Below are positions 31,252 through 41,611 of a DNA stretch of 64,000 bases, one piece after another. The DNA is from Thermodesulfobacteriota bacterium (lineage in GTDB: Bacteria > Desulfobacterota_D > UBA1144 > Nemesobacterales > N074bin48). Below the pieces are notes generated by a model. The model ran no database searches and had not been told where the DNA came from. It worked only from the letters and a program-made list of their open reading frames with translations. A program made the translations under genes and the position numbers. The stretch covers positions 31,369-95,368 of the forward strand of contig JBFFSH010000001.1 in NCBI GenBank assembly GCA_041572575.1, read 5' to 3'. Within the stretch, counting starts at the first letter, position 1. Each line of letters opens with the position of its first letter.

Positions 31252-31999
31252 ATATTATCCAAAGCCCTTTCAATGCTAAATGTTCATCTATTTTTTCAAT
31301 TGTCTCGCTTTCTTTAGCAATAAGCCCGGCAAGACCGCCTGTTCCAATCACAACTGTACCAGCGCCAAGCTCTTTTTTTATTCTTCCCACTATTCCATCT
31401 ACAAGCCCGGCATAACCATAGACAAGACCGGATTGAATGCTCTGGATAGTGGTTTTACCAATAACATTTTCAGGTTTTTTTATTTCTACCTTTGGCAGTT
31501 TGGATGCAGATCCAAATAGCGCTTCAGAGGAAATCGTAATCCCGGGAGTTATCACTCCACCCAGATATTCACCTTTTTTAGAAACGCAGTCAAAAGTTGT
31601 AGCAGTACCAAAATCTACAATCACAAGACTTCTCTTATACTCCTCAAATGCACCGATTGCATTTACAATCCTATCAGCACCAACTTCTTGAGGATTTTTA
31701 TACAATATTTGCATTCCCGTTTTTACTCCCGGGCCTACAACAACCGGTTCTATATCGAAATAATCGTGAATACACTCTACTAGGATATCCTGAAGTGCTG
31801 GGACAACACATGAGATTACAGAACCGCAAAGTCCTGATATATTAACCTTCTTATATTCAAAAAGATTTCTTAACAGAACTCCGTATTCATCCTGCGTCTT
31901 AGTCTTATCAGTCCCTATTCTCCAGGAATGATGTATGCCCTTTGAATCGATCAATCCAAAGACTATATTCGTATTTCCTATGTCTACTGCTAATAACAT
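31235..31999 (-). CDS. coaX: Type III pantothenate kinase
   Basis: AVDIGNTN, GADR, VDFGTATT, IGTGG. Confidence 0.95.
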   Translation of the reverse strand: MLLAVDIGNTNIVFGLIDSKGIHHSWRIGTDKTKTQDEYGVLLRNLFEYKKVNISGLCGSVISCVVPALQDILVECIHDYFDIEPVVVGPGVKTGMQILYKNPQEVGADRIVNAIGAFEEYKRSLVIVDFGTATTFDCVSKKGEYLGGVITPGITISSEALFGSASKLPKVEIKKPENVIGKTTIQSIQSGLVYGYAGLVDGIVGRIKKELGAGTVVIGTGGLAGLIAKESETIEKIDEHLALKGLWIIYERNR

Positions 32000-32175
32000 G
32001 GCTACCTATCCTAAAATAAAATCATGGCAGAGTTGATATACATATAATGATTTATTAAAACAATCTTAATCATAGCAGTAAACTTTGTAAATCAAAAGGT
32101 ATAGCATAAATAAATTGTGCAATATTTTACTGATCCTTGACTTAAAACCAAGCAATCGTTAAGGTTTAGATTCAA

Positions 32176-33474
32176 ATGGATGAAAAATACCTATATATAG
32201 AAACTTATGGCTGTCAGATGAATGATTACGATTCACAGAGAATCAAAAATGCTATAGGTATTCCTCAAACGGACGATCCCGGTAAGGCTGATATTGTTAT
32301 CATTAATACTTGCGCTATAAGAGAAAAAGCAGACCAAAAGGCGCTCAGCAGTCTTGGAAAATTTAAACATCTTAAAAGAGCAAACCCAAATTTAGTTGTA
32401 GGTATGACAGGGTGTGTAGCACAGCTTTATGGTGAAAAGCTTCTCAGTAAAGCTTCGCACTTAGATTTTGTTCTCGGTCCGCGCGCAATACCCAAGCTTG
32501 CAGAAATAATAAAAGACGTAGAAATTGAAAGAACAAGAATAGTGGAGACTTCCTACGATGTTGAAGAGCCTTTTGAAATTCTTCCATATCACGAAAATGA
32601 AAAGGTCACTTCATTTTTATCCATCCAGCAGGGATGCAATAAAAATTGTACTTACTGCATAGTTCCTACGGTAAGAGGAAAAGAAATTAACAGACCGGTT
32701 GAGGATATAATGTCCGAAGCTAAGTATCTTGTAGGTAAAGGTGTCAAGGAAATCACACTTATAGGACAGACTGTTAACTCATGGAAAAATGACGGTCTCA
32801 AATTTGCAGACCTGCTAAATATCGTTGGCGAGTTGGAATCACTAGAAAGGATAAGATTTACAACATCCTATCCAAGAGATTTTACAAAAAAACTAATCAA
32901 TACAATGAAGACCAATCCTAAAGTGTGCAGCCATATTCACCTTCCCGTGCAGTCCGGATCCAACGAAGTATTGTCCAAGATGAAAAGAACTTATACAGTG
33001 GAGTGGTACCTGGATGTAGTAAACAGACTAAAAGAGGAAATTAATGATATGGCAATTTCGTCTGACATAATAGTAGGTTTTCCAGGAGAAACCGAACACG
33101 ATTTTAATCAAACGTTGAAACTTGTTGAACAAGTAGGATTTGATACTTGTTTTTCATTTAAATATTCACCCAGACCAGCAACTCCGGCTGCTGTTATGGA
33201 AAATTCCGTAGACAGTGATACTTCTGGCAGAAGACTCACAATTCTTCAGGAATTACAGAGAAAAATCACATGTAAAAAGAATGAAGATAGAATAGGTAGA
33301 GTTGAAAAAGTGCTTGTCGAAGGAAAAAGCAAGAACGATTTAAACCATTTAATGGGAAGAACCTCTCAAAACAGAATAGTAAATTTCAGCTCAAACGAAG
33401 ATCTGTCCGGAAAATTAGTTAATGTAAAAATAAATAGAGGCTTTCAAAATTCCTTATTAGGCTCTATACTATAA
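32176..33474 (+). CDS. miaB: tRNA-2-methylthio-N6-dimethylallyladenosine synthase
   Basis: TYGCQMN, NTCAIRE, CNKNCTYC radical SAM motif, IIVGFPGET, TRAM domain. Confidence 0.93.
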   Translation: MDEKYLYIETYGCQMNDYDSQRIKNAIGIPQTDDPGKADIVIINTCAIREKADQKALSSLGKFKHLKRANPNLVVGMTGCVAQLYGEKLLSKASHLDFVLGPRAIPKLAEIIKDVEIERTRIVETSYDVEEPFEILPYHENEKVTSFLSIQQGCNKNCTYCIVPTVRGKEINRPVEDIMSEAKYLVGKGVKEITLIGQTVNSWKNDGLKFADLLNIVGELESLERIRFTTSYPRDFTKKLINTMKTNPKVCSHIHLPVQSGSNEVLSKMKRTYTVEWYLDVVNRLKEEINDMAISSDIIVGFPGETEHDFNQTLKLVEQVGFDTCFSFKYSPRPATPAAVMENSVDSDTSGRRLTILQELQRKITCKKNEDRIGRVEKVLVEGKSKNDLNHLMGRTSQNRIVNFSSNEDLSGKLVNVKINRGFQNSLLGSIL

Positions 33475-33501
33475 TAGGACTAGTGCTGTGGGGAGAACAG
33501 T

Positions 33502-33981
33502 ATGTTGTATGAAATGAAAGTTAGTGGAATTGCTATCGATCCGTTTACAAACACTCCAATCATTATACTTAAAGACTTAACAGGGGATAAGATGCTTCCT
33601 ATCTGGATAGGGTTTATGGAAGCAAGTTCCATAGCGATGGAGCTTGAAAAAACACCGAGACTAAGACCACTCACCCACGATCTTGTTAAAAATATTTTAG
33701 ACGACCTGCAGTATTCTGTTAGTAAAGTTGAGCTAACTGACTTAAAAGACAATACATATTATGCAACTATTCACTTAAAAAAATCAGATGATATTCATAT
33801 ACTGGATTCCAGACCAAGCGACGCAATAGCAATAGCCATTAGAACAAGCTCCCAAATCTTTGTACATGAAAACGTTATAGAAAGCTCAAAGCAATTACAG
33901 GCAGTTGATGAGGATAAAGAGAAACTTGCAGAGATCCTGGATAAAATACCCCCTGGAGATTTTGGGAAATACAAGATGTAA
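33502..33981 (+). CDS. Bifunctional nuclease family protein (DUF151)
   Basis: LPIWIG, RPLTHDL, DSRPSDAIAIA. Confidence 0.9.
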   Translation: MLYEMKVSGIAIDPFTNTPIIILKDLTGDKMLPIWIGFMEASSIAMELEKTPRLRPLTHDLVKNILDDLQYSVSKVELTDLKDNTYYATIHLKKSDDIHILDSRPSDAIAIAIRTSSQIFVHENVIESSKQLQAVDEDKEKLAEILDKIPPGDFGKYKM

Positions 33982-33998
33982 CAACAATAAGAATTTAG

Positions 33999-35417
33999 CT
34001 ACTTAGCTGCCTCAGCCGTAAGACCATCACTATCTCCTTCACCATCAATTCCATGTTTAACAAGTCTGTATCTTATTGACCGAAGAGTAATACCTAGTTT
34101 TTTAGCGGCTTCGGTTTTATTTCCACCTGTAGACTCCAATGCTTTAAGCAGCATCTTCTTTTCTATATTATCAAGCATTGCGTCCAGGTTAGTATCAGAC
34201 GACAAGTCATCCCCCCCTATCTCCACATAGTCTTTACCGCTTACAAGAGGCGGTAGGGTTTCGTGTCTTATTATATTAGTTGACTCAAGTGCAATAGAGC
34301 GTGCAATAATATTTTCTAACTCTCTTACATTTCCCGGATAACTATAATTTTCCAGGATCTCAAGCGCTTTTGGTGAGATACCTCTTATCTCTTTTCCCAT
34401 TTCCTCAGAATATTTATTCACAAAACTCATCGCAAGTGGTGAAATATCTTCTCTTCTCTCTCTAAGTGGGGGAAGATTGATCTTAATGACGTTTAACCTG
34501 TAAAACAGATCTTCTCTGAACCTGCCTTCGGCAATTTCATCCTCTAAGCTTTTATTTGTAGCAGCAATCACCCTAAGATCAATCGGTGTTGCGTCAACAG
34601 TTCCAAGGGATCTTATCATTTTCTCTTCTATTGCCCTTAGAATCTTTACCTGTAAATGTATTGGCAGATCGGCAATTTCGTCTAAAAATATTGTACCTTT
34701 ATGAGCCTCTTCAAATAATCCTTTTTTATCCCTTACTGCACCTGTAAAAGAGCCTTTCTTGTATCCAAACAACTCACTCTCAATCAATGTTTCAGGAATT
34801 GCTCCACAGTTAACTGGTACAAACGATCCCTCACTTCTGTTTCCTGCGTAATGTATAGCTCTTGCTACAAGCTCCTTACCCGAACCGCTTTCTCCTGTAA
34901 TCAAAACATTTACATTCAGTTCGGCAACCCTCTTAATGAGTTCAAAAACCTGCAGGATTGCAGGGCTTCTTCCAATTATATTTCCAAATCCAAACTTCGT
35001 TTCCAGTTCACGTTTGAGTCTTGTATTTTCACTAACAAGCCTTTTCTTTTCCAGAGCTTTTTTTATTACAAGCTTTATTTCATCTATTTTAAATGGTTTT
35101 GTAATATAATCGTATGCCCCGTGTTTCATGGCCTCTATTGCTGATTCGTGCGATGCAAAAGCTGTAATCATAATAACTGTGGTATCAGGGGCTTTTTCAT
35201 TTAGTTTTTTAAGCAGATCGATGCCGTCCATTGTCGGCATCTGCACATCGATTATAGCAAGATCAAAAATCTGAGAATTTATTTTATCCTCGGCATGTTT
35301 TCCATCGCCGGCTGTTACAACACTATATCCATCTTTTTGCAGCATTATTTCCAGGAACTCCCTCATCCCCGGTTCATCATCTACTACAATAATTCTTCCG
35401 TTGTTAGCTGCCCCCAT
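33999..35417 (-). CDS. pilR: sigma54-dependent response regulator PilR
   Basis: REC + AAA+ (GESGSGKE, GSFTGA, FLDEI) + HTH; follows pilS-pilC; GAGGAG RBS before ATG 35417. Confidence 0.85.
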   Translation of the reverse strand: MGAANNGRIIVVDDEPGMREFLEIMLQKDGYSVVTAGDGKHAEDKINSQIFDLAIIDVQMPTMDGIDLLKKLNEKAPDTTVIMITAFASHESAIEAMKHGAYDYITKPFKIDEIKLVIKKALEKKRLVSENTRLKRELETKFGFGNIIGRSPAILQVFELIKRVAELNVNVLITGESGSGKELVARAIHYAGNRSEGSFVPVNCGAIPETLIESELFGYKKGSFTGAVRDKKGLFEEAHKGTIFLDEIADLPIHLQVKILRAIEEKMIRSLGTVDATPIDLRVIAATNKSLEDEIAEGRFREDLFYRLNVIKINLPPLRERREDISPLAMSFVNKYSEEMGKEIRGISPKALEILENYSYPGNVRELENIIARSIALESTNIIRHETLPPLVSGKDYVEIGGDDLSSDTNLDAMLDNIEKKMLLKALESTGGNKTEAAKKLGITLRSIRYRLVKHGIDGEGDSDGLTAEAAK

Positions 35418-35440
35418 TGCAAATCTCCTCAAAATGCTTG

Positions 35441-37069
35441 TTATTCATCATTTAATGTTTCTTTTCCCATTGTAATTATAAATGTAGATCCCTCATTTAC
35501 AGCACTTACGACATCAATCTTGCCATTATAACCCTCTATTACCTTTTGCACAATCACAAGGCCCAGTCCTGTACCCGAATTTTTGGTGGTAAAAAAAGGA
35601 TCAAATATACTTGAAATATTTTTCTGACTAATACCGCAACCAGTATCAGAAATTTTTACTATCACATTTTCTTTTTCCACCAAGGCTTCTATTCTAATTG
35701 TCCCCTGACCCGATATAGACTGCATTGAATTTAGAAGCAGGTTCCAGACAGATTGTTTTAGTCTGTAGCTGTCACCCTTTACAAATATTTCACTTTGTAT
35801 CTGCCTTTCTAAATTAATATCCGATCTCTTTATAGTTTTAGAGAACGTATCTAACGTTTCATTCAAGATTACAGACATATCAACCGGCAGACCTGTTTTT
35901 AAAATTGGATTCGTTAATATCGAGAAATCTTCTACGATCAGATTCATTCTCTCGATCTCCTGTGTTGCTACGTTCACAAGTCTTAGATTATCTGAGCTGC
36001 TCTCCACCTCACTGCTAAGAATTTCTATCGCTCCGCTAATAGCAGATAGTGGGTTTCGGATTTCATGAGCCAGGCCCGAGGCAAGCTGTCCAAGTATTGC
36101 CAGTTTTTCTGTGTTTCTTAGTTTATCCTCCAGGATTTTTATTTCTGTAAGGTCCTGAAATATCAGAATATACCCCTGTGTTTGATCATCGTCTCCCTGC
36201 AGTAAAGATGAAGAAAATCCCAGAGTAATCTTTTCCCCCTCACTTGTGGTATATAATATTTGTTCCCGTTTTGTCGAAATAAGATTATCTAAATCTAATG
36301 CTGGGAAAAATTCATAAATATCCTTGTTTATTATCTGCTCATCAGACTGCAGGTCCAATATGTTTTTGCTCATAGGGTTGGCAGATATTATGTTTCCTTT
36401 TAGATCGAGTGTTATGACTCCGCTATCGAGGCTTTTAAGAATATTATCGTTAATATTTTGTAATATACTAAGACTCTTCTTACTCTGACCAAGTTCTTTT
36501 CTTACAATCCTGGTTTTCTCTGATAAATAGCCACTAAGAATTGCAGCAAGTAAAAAACCTGCAAGGTTGAAGTATGTACTTACCAGACTTTGCTGATCTA
36601 TTTGCATACTTGCCTGTAATCTCAATTGATATGAATCATCGGAGTGAAATATCCTTGGTTTTGATGCAACTATTACAAGTAATATTATTGCAAGAAAAAA
36701 TGATAAAGCGTAACTTACCAATCTGTTGGAAAAAATAATATTTGTATAAATTATTATAAGAGCAAATAGGAATATGAATGGACTACCCAGTCCCCCTGTT
36801 ACTACTATAATAATGGATGAAAGTAATACATCTAAAAAAATCTGAAAGGAGTCGATAAGAGTTTTGTATCTAGATATTACATCCTTAAATGACAGATATA
36901 CAAGGCTGAATATATATATTACAGCTACTACAAACAGCAGATATAGCGCAACTCTAGTTCTACCGTTTAGGAAATATATAAGGGCAGAAGAACCGAAAAG
37001 TAGGGTCGCAACTAATATTCGGATCAGTACTATTCTATTGATAGTCGAATCTAACCAATTAAAAAACAT
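35441..37069 (-). CDS. pilS: Sensor histidine kinase PilS
   Basis: Multi-TM N-terminus, PAS, LAHEIRNPL, PFFTTK, GTGLGL; lies between pilC and pilR. Confidence 0.85.
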   Translation of the reverse strand: MFFNWLDSTINRIVLIRILVATLLFGSSALIYFLNGRTRVALYLLFVVAVIYIFSLVYLSFKDVISRYKTLIDSFQIFLDVLLSSIIIVVTGGLGSPFIFLFALIIIYTNIIFSNRLVSYALSFFLAIILLVIVASKPRIFHSDDSYQLRLQASMQIDQQSLVSTYFNLAGFLLAAILSGYLSEKTRIVRKELGQSKKSLSILQNINDNILKSLDSGVITLDLKGNIISANPMSKNILDLQSDEQIINKDIYEFFPALDLDNLISTKREQILYTTSEGEKITLGFSSSLLQGDDDQTQGYILIFQDLTEIKILEDKLRNTEKLAILGQLASGLAHEIRNPLSAISGAIEILSSEVESSSDNLRLVNVATQEIERMNLIVEDFSILTNPILKTGLPVDMSVILNETLDTFSKTIKRSDINLERQIQSEIFVKGDSYRLKQSVWNLLLNSMQSISGQGTIRIEALVEKENVIVKISDTGCGISQKNISSIFDPFFTTKNSGTGLGLVIVQKVIEGYNGKIDVVSAVNEGSTFIITMGKETLNDE

Positions 37070-37116
37070 TCATTAAGTTGTTTAGCAAGTAAGGTAATTA
37101 GAATAGTATTATATGT

Positions 37117-38331
37117 CTATCCAGCCATAGTTGCAACTAGTTTAAACATTGGCAGATACATTGCTACTACTATTATACCCACTGTACAACCTAAAAAGAA
37201 TATCATTGCCGGTTCGAGAGCGGACATAAGTGCTGCAACAGCAACATCTACCTCATCTTCATAGAAGTCCGCAATTTTATTAAGCATGTCGTCCAGATTA
37301 CCAGTTTGCTCACCTACAGAGATCATCTGAACAACCATAGGAGGGAATATCTTAGGTCTTGTAGCAAGGGGTTCAGCAAGAAGCTGTCCTTCGCTTACAC
37401 TCTTTCTTGCATCCATTATTGCCTCTTCAACCACTACATTTCCAGATGCTTTTGCGGTAATTTCCAGTCCATCAAGAATAGGTAAACCACCGGCGGTTAG
37501 TGTAGCCAATGTACGGCAGAACCTTGCTATTACAGTTTTTAATAATAATGTTCCAATAAGCCAGAGTTTTAGTAAAAATCCATCAAATAACCTCCTGGCT
37601 TTTAAGGAGCGTCGATATAGAGCCGAAACACCTATAACCATCAGAACAATTGCAATTAATATATATATTATATTACTTTTAAGCCAGTCACTTATGTTTA
37701 CAATAGTCTGAGTTAGAGACGGAAGCGTTGTGCCCAGATCCTTAAAAAGTTCAGCAAATGTAGGAACCACGAATATCATGATTACAGCAAGCACAATAAT
37801 TGCTACAGAAATAACAACAGCAGGATAAATCATCGCACCCTTCACCCTTCTCTTAATACCTTCTATTTTTTCCAGGTATGTAGCAAGTCTTTGTAAAACA
37901 ACGTCTAAAACACCACCTGATTCTCCGGCTCTGGCTAGATTTGAGTATAAGGTATCGAAAGCCTTAGGATGTTTTTCCAAAGCATCGGCAAAGGTCGCAC
38001 CTCCTTCAACATCTTCCTTTACTCTTCCAATTATCTCTTTAAATGCAGCATTTGGCTGCTGTTCTCTAATTACCTCAAGTGATCTTACAAGAGGAAGACC
38101 CGCATCTATCATCGTAGACAACTGCCTTGTAAAAACAACCAAATCTCGGGTTGGAACACCGCCAAAAGCAATATTCATATTTAATATACTGCTTTTCTCT
38201 TTTATCTTATCAGGAATAGGCTGAATCTGCATACCCCTTAATCGTGCCAGTACTGCAGATCTGCTTGGGGCTTCCATTTCACCTTTTTCTATTCTTCCTC
38301 TAAGTCTTCCCTGCCAAGTATAAACAGCCAT
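37117..38331 (-). CDS. pilC: Type IV pilus platform protein PilC
   Basis: FTRQLSTMIDAGLPL, AGESGG, GEQTG, AMYLPMF. Confidence 0.93.
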   Translation of the reverse strand: MAVYTWQGRLRGRIEKGEMEAPSRSAVLARLRGMQIQPIPDKIKEKSSILNMNIAFGGVPTRDLVVFTRQLSTMIDAGLPLVRSLEVIREQQPNAAFKEIIGRVKEDVEGGATFADALEKHPKAFDTLYSNLARAGESGGVLDVVLQRLATYLEKIEGIKRRVKGAMIYPAVVISVAIIVLAVIMIFVVPTFAELFKDLGTTLPSLTQTIVNISDWLKSNIIYILIAIVLMVIGVSALYRRSLKARRLFDGFLLKLWLIGTLLLKTVIARFCRTLATLTAGGLPILDGLEITAKASGNVVVEEAIMDARKSVSEGQLLAEPLATRPKIFPPMVVQMISVGEQTGNLDDMLNKIADFYEDEVDVAVAALMSALEPAMIFFLGCTVGIIVVAMYLPMFKLVATMAG

Positions 38332-38350
38332 ATTATTTACTCCTTAATGT

Positions 38351-39451
38351 TTATCTTCTGATTGCTCTCTTGTTTCCCTGTGCTGAATTTTGCTCATCCA
38401 GAATTCTTTTAATCTCATCTGGTTCCTGACTCTTCGTTAACGTATCTTCGTATGTAATTTGTTTTCTCAAATATAAATCAACCAGGGATTGGTTGAGCGT
38501 CTGCATATTCCATTTTTCCTGTCCAATCTGCTGCTGTGAATAAATCTGATGCACTTTATCTTCTCTTATTAGATTTCTGATTGCCGGGTTCGGAACCAGA
38601 ATCTCAACCCCTAATACCCTTCCTCCTCCAACACGTGGTATTAATGTTTGGCATAAGATACCCTCTAAGACAAAAGACAGCTGTGCTCTTACCTGGGGTT
38701 GTTCGTGGGGTGGAAATACATCAATTACACGGTTAATTGTTTGAACAGCCGTATTTGTATGGAGCGTGGCAAATGTTAAATGTCCGGTTTCAGACAGAGT
38801 AAGAGCAATCTTGATAGTCTCAAGGTCTCTCATCTCACCAATCAGGATTACATCAGGGTCTTCTCTAAGTACACTTCTAAGTGCGTTGTGAAAGCTTTTT
38901 GTATCACTTCCCACTTCTCTTTGGTTTACCAGACAGTTCTTATGACTAAACATGTATTCTATAGGATCTTCGATCGTAACAATATGCTCTCTTCGTTCCT
39001 GATTAATCTGGTCTATCATTGCAGCAAGAGTCGTAGTTTTTCCTGACCCCGTAGGTCCGGTCACTAGAATTAAACCCCTTGGTTTTTTAATAAGATCATG
39101 AACAACAGGCGGATGCCCCAGTTCATTTAAATCTCTAATTTTGTACGGAATAAGCCTAAAAGCACCTGCTACTACACCCCTTTGCATATAGATATTGCCT
39201 CTAAACCTTCCAAGCTGCTGCATACCAAAAGAAAAGTCAAGTTCCCAGTTTTCTTCAAACTTATGCTTTTGCATATCTGTTAATACGCTATAGCAAAGGT
39301 CTTTAGTTTCTGGTGGAGTAAGGGGGGGATGCTTAATAGGAACAAGCTTACCATCAACTCTTATTACAGGAGGTGAGTTGGTAGTAATGTGTAAATCTGA
39401 AGCTCCGTTATCAACCATTACCTTTAACAGTTGACTAAGTTGAATGCCCAT
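38351..39451 (-). CDS. pilT: Type IV pilus retraction ATPase PilT
   Basis: ASDLH, GPTGSGKTTT, LREDPD, AIRNLIRE. Confidence 0.95.
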   Translation of the reverse strand: MGIQLSQLLKVMVDNGASDLHITTNSPPVIRVDGKLVPIKHPPLTPPETKDLCYSVLTDMQKHKFEENWELDFSFGMQQLGRFRGNIYMQRGVVAGAFRLIPYKIRDLNELGHPPVVHDLIKKPRGLILVTGPTGSGKTTTLAAMIDQINQERREHIVTIEDPIEYMFSHKNCLVNQREVGSDTKSFHNALRSVLREDPDVILIGEMRDLETIKIALTLSETGHLTFATLHTNTAVQTINRVIDVFPPHEQPQVRAQLSFVLEGILCQTLIPRVGGGRVLGVEILVPNPAIRNLIREDKVHQIYSQQQIGQEKWNMQTLNQSLVDLYLRKQITYEDTLTKSQEPDEIKRILDEQNSAQGNKRAIRR

Positions 39452-39467
39452 AAATTATCCTCCCAAA

Positions 39468-41222
39468 TCAATCATCCTGAGATGTATTTCTAACTACCTC
39501 TTCAATTGTTGTTATACCTTGCTTGAGTTTTAGAAGTGCACTTTGTCTAAGAGTATGCATTCCCTGTCTTATAGCTTCTCTTTTAAGTTCGAGAGCCGAC
39601 GCACCGCTTAATATAAATTCTTTGATTTCTTCAGTAATTCTTAATACTTCATAGATTGCGATTCTTCCCTTATATCCTGTACCCATACAGGTCTTGCAAT
39701 TTTCTCCGCTTCCCCTGTAAATCACATAATCTGACACTGCTTTAGGTGAAACCCCAAGATCTATGAGTACCTGTGGAGATACATCCACAACCTCTTGACA
39801 ATCCGGGCATACTTTTCTTACAAGTCTTTGAGCAAGTATTGCATTGAGTGAAGCTGTAAGCAAGAATGGCTCAACACCCATGTTGAGAAGTCTTGTAATA
39901 GTTGAAGGGGCATCATTTGTATGTAAGGTAGATAGAACAAGGTGACCGGTAAGAGCAGCTTTAATGGATATTTCTGCAGTTTCGTAGTCTCTTATTTCAC
40001 CTACTAATATAATATCTGGATCCTGCCTGAGGAACGATCTTAATGCAGACGAGAAATTAAGCCCGATCGCCTCATGCATCTGCACCTGATTTACTCCGGA
40101 CAAACTGTATTCTACCGGGTCTTCTGCTGTGGAAATGTTTACATCTTCTCTGTTTAGCTCCATCAGTCCAGAATACAGTGTTGTTGTTTTACCACTACCT
40201 GTAGGACCCGTAATTAAAACCATACCGAAAGGCTGATAAATTGATTCTCTAAATAGTTTAAGTTCATCTTCATTAAAACCGAGTTGTGTCAGGTCAAGCT
40301 TCAGGGAATCCTGATCAAGAAGCCTCATAACCACTTTTTCTCCGGTTATTGTTGGAAGACAGGAAACACGATATTCCATGGTTCTGCCCTTACCCGCCTT
40401 TATCTTTATCCTTCCATCCTGTGGAAGCCTTCTTTCAGCAATATCGAGATTTGCCATAACTTTAATTCTTGATGAAACAGGATTTTTAAGCTGTGGCGGA
40501 GGTTTAAGAATATCATACAGTACTCCGTCAATTCTGAGTCTTACCCTATAATCAGTCTCATAAGGTTCTATATGAATATCACTGGCTCCTCTTCTTATTG
40601 ATTCTAATAGTATGTGGTTTACCAGTCTTATTACCGGTGCTTCCTCAGAAGCCTCTTTGAGATCTCCGAGGTCAAGATCTTCTACTGTAGCAATATCTAG
40701 TACAAAGTCTTCTAAATCGCCAAAAAGTTTTCCGACTTCTTCCTGACTCTTTTCTGCTTCAACTTTCTTTTGCCATTCTTCCTGAGAACCATAGTGCTTC
40801 TCAATTGCTGTCTTAATCGATCTTTCCGAGGCTACAACTACTTCAATATTCTGACCCGTAGCAAATTTTAAATCATCAATGGCAAAAATGTTTGAGGGAT
40901 CTGCCATGGCAACAACCAGAGTAGATCCTGATCTGTCTATGGGAACCAGTTTGTGTTTGAGCGCTGAATCCCTTGGTACCAGGTCCAGGGCTTCTTCTGA
41001 TACATCGAACTGCTCAAGGTTGATTGCAGGTACTGCATATTGTTTACTCAAATATGCAACAAGCTGGTTTTCATCTATGTATCCAAGGTTTAGCAGAGTC
41101 TCACCAAGCTTCCTACCCGAGTGCTTTTGCTCCTGGATTGCGCTTTTTAACTGATCAAGATTTATAACATCTTCTTTGATCAGAATATCGCCCATCTTGG
41201 CGCCTGCTTTTTGCTGCTTCAT
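39468..41222 (-). CDS. pilB: Type IV pilus assembly ATPase PilB (N-terminal MshEN)
   Basis: ASDIHIEP, RLPQDGR, GPTGSGKTTT, RQDPD, CPDC/CKTC zinc motif. Confidence 0.95.
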   Translation of the reverse strand: MKQQKAGAKMGDILIKEDVINLDQLKSAIQEQKHSGRKLGETLLNLGYIDENQLVAYLSKQYAVPAINLEQFDVSEEALDLVPRDSALKHKLVPIDRSGSTLVVAMADPSNIFAIDDLKFATGQNIEVVVASERSIKTAIEKHYGSQEEWQKKVEAEKSQEEVGKLFGDLEDFVLDIATVEDLDLGDLKEASEEAPVIRLVNHILLESIRRGASDIHIEPYETDYRVRLRIDGVLYDILKPPPQLKNPVSSRIKVMANLDIAERRLPQDGRIKIKAGKGRTMEYRVSCLPTITGEKVVMRLLDQDSLKLDLTQLGFNEDELKLFRESIYQPFGMVLITGPTGSGKTTTLYSGLMELNREDVNISTAEDPVEYSLSGVNQVQMHEAIGLNFSSALRSFLRQDPDIILVGEIRDYETAEISIKAALTGHLVLSTLHTNDAPSTITRLLNMGVEPFLLTASLNAILAQRLVRKVCPDCQEVVDVSPQVLIDLGVSPKAVSDYVIYRGSGENCKTCMGTGYKGRIAIYEVLRITEEIKEFILSGASALELKREAIRQGMHTLRQSALLKLKQGITTIEEVVRNTSQDD

Positions 41223-41271
41223 CTATAAATTATACCTCGAAATTAAAAAACTATGTAATAAATATTAATAG

Positions 41272-41288
41272 TGCAATATATGTGCCAA
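41272..41288 (-). promoter_or_regulatory. sigma54 promoter of pilBTC-pilSR
   Basis: Minus strand TTGGCACATATATTGCA, full TGGCAC-N5-TTGCA consensus, about 50 bp before ATG. Confidence 0.85.
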
Positions 41289-41611
41289 TACCATCGGCTA
41301 ATTTTAGCTGATTAGATAAATCGAAGTATTTATCCCTCCCTATAAGATAATTTCTTCATACTTTTAACCCTCTTACCCTCTATCCTTTATACTACATTTT
41401 TCCTATAAAGTCAATCTGCATGTCCTATATAATTTGTTCTCATAATGTAGGCATATTTAATCTCAAAACTCAAAGTAAACTCTAAAATAATACATATTAC
41501 TTTTTATATCATTTATTTTATATGCACTATTTCATTTTTCTTTTGATACGGTAAATAATATCTAGTATATAATTAAGTCGTTAATAAAATTACTAATATT
41601 ATTTAAATTTA

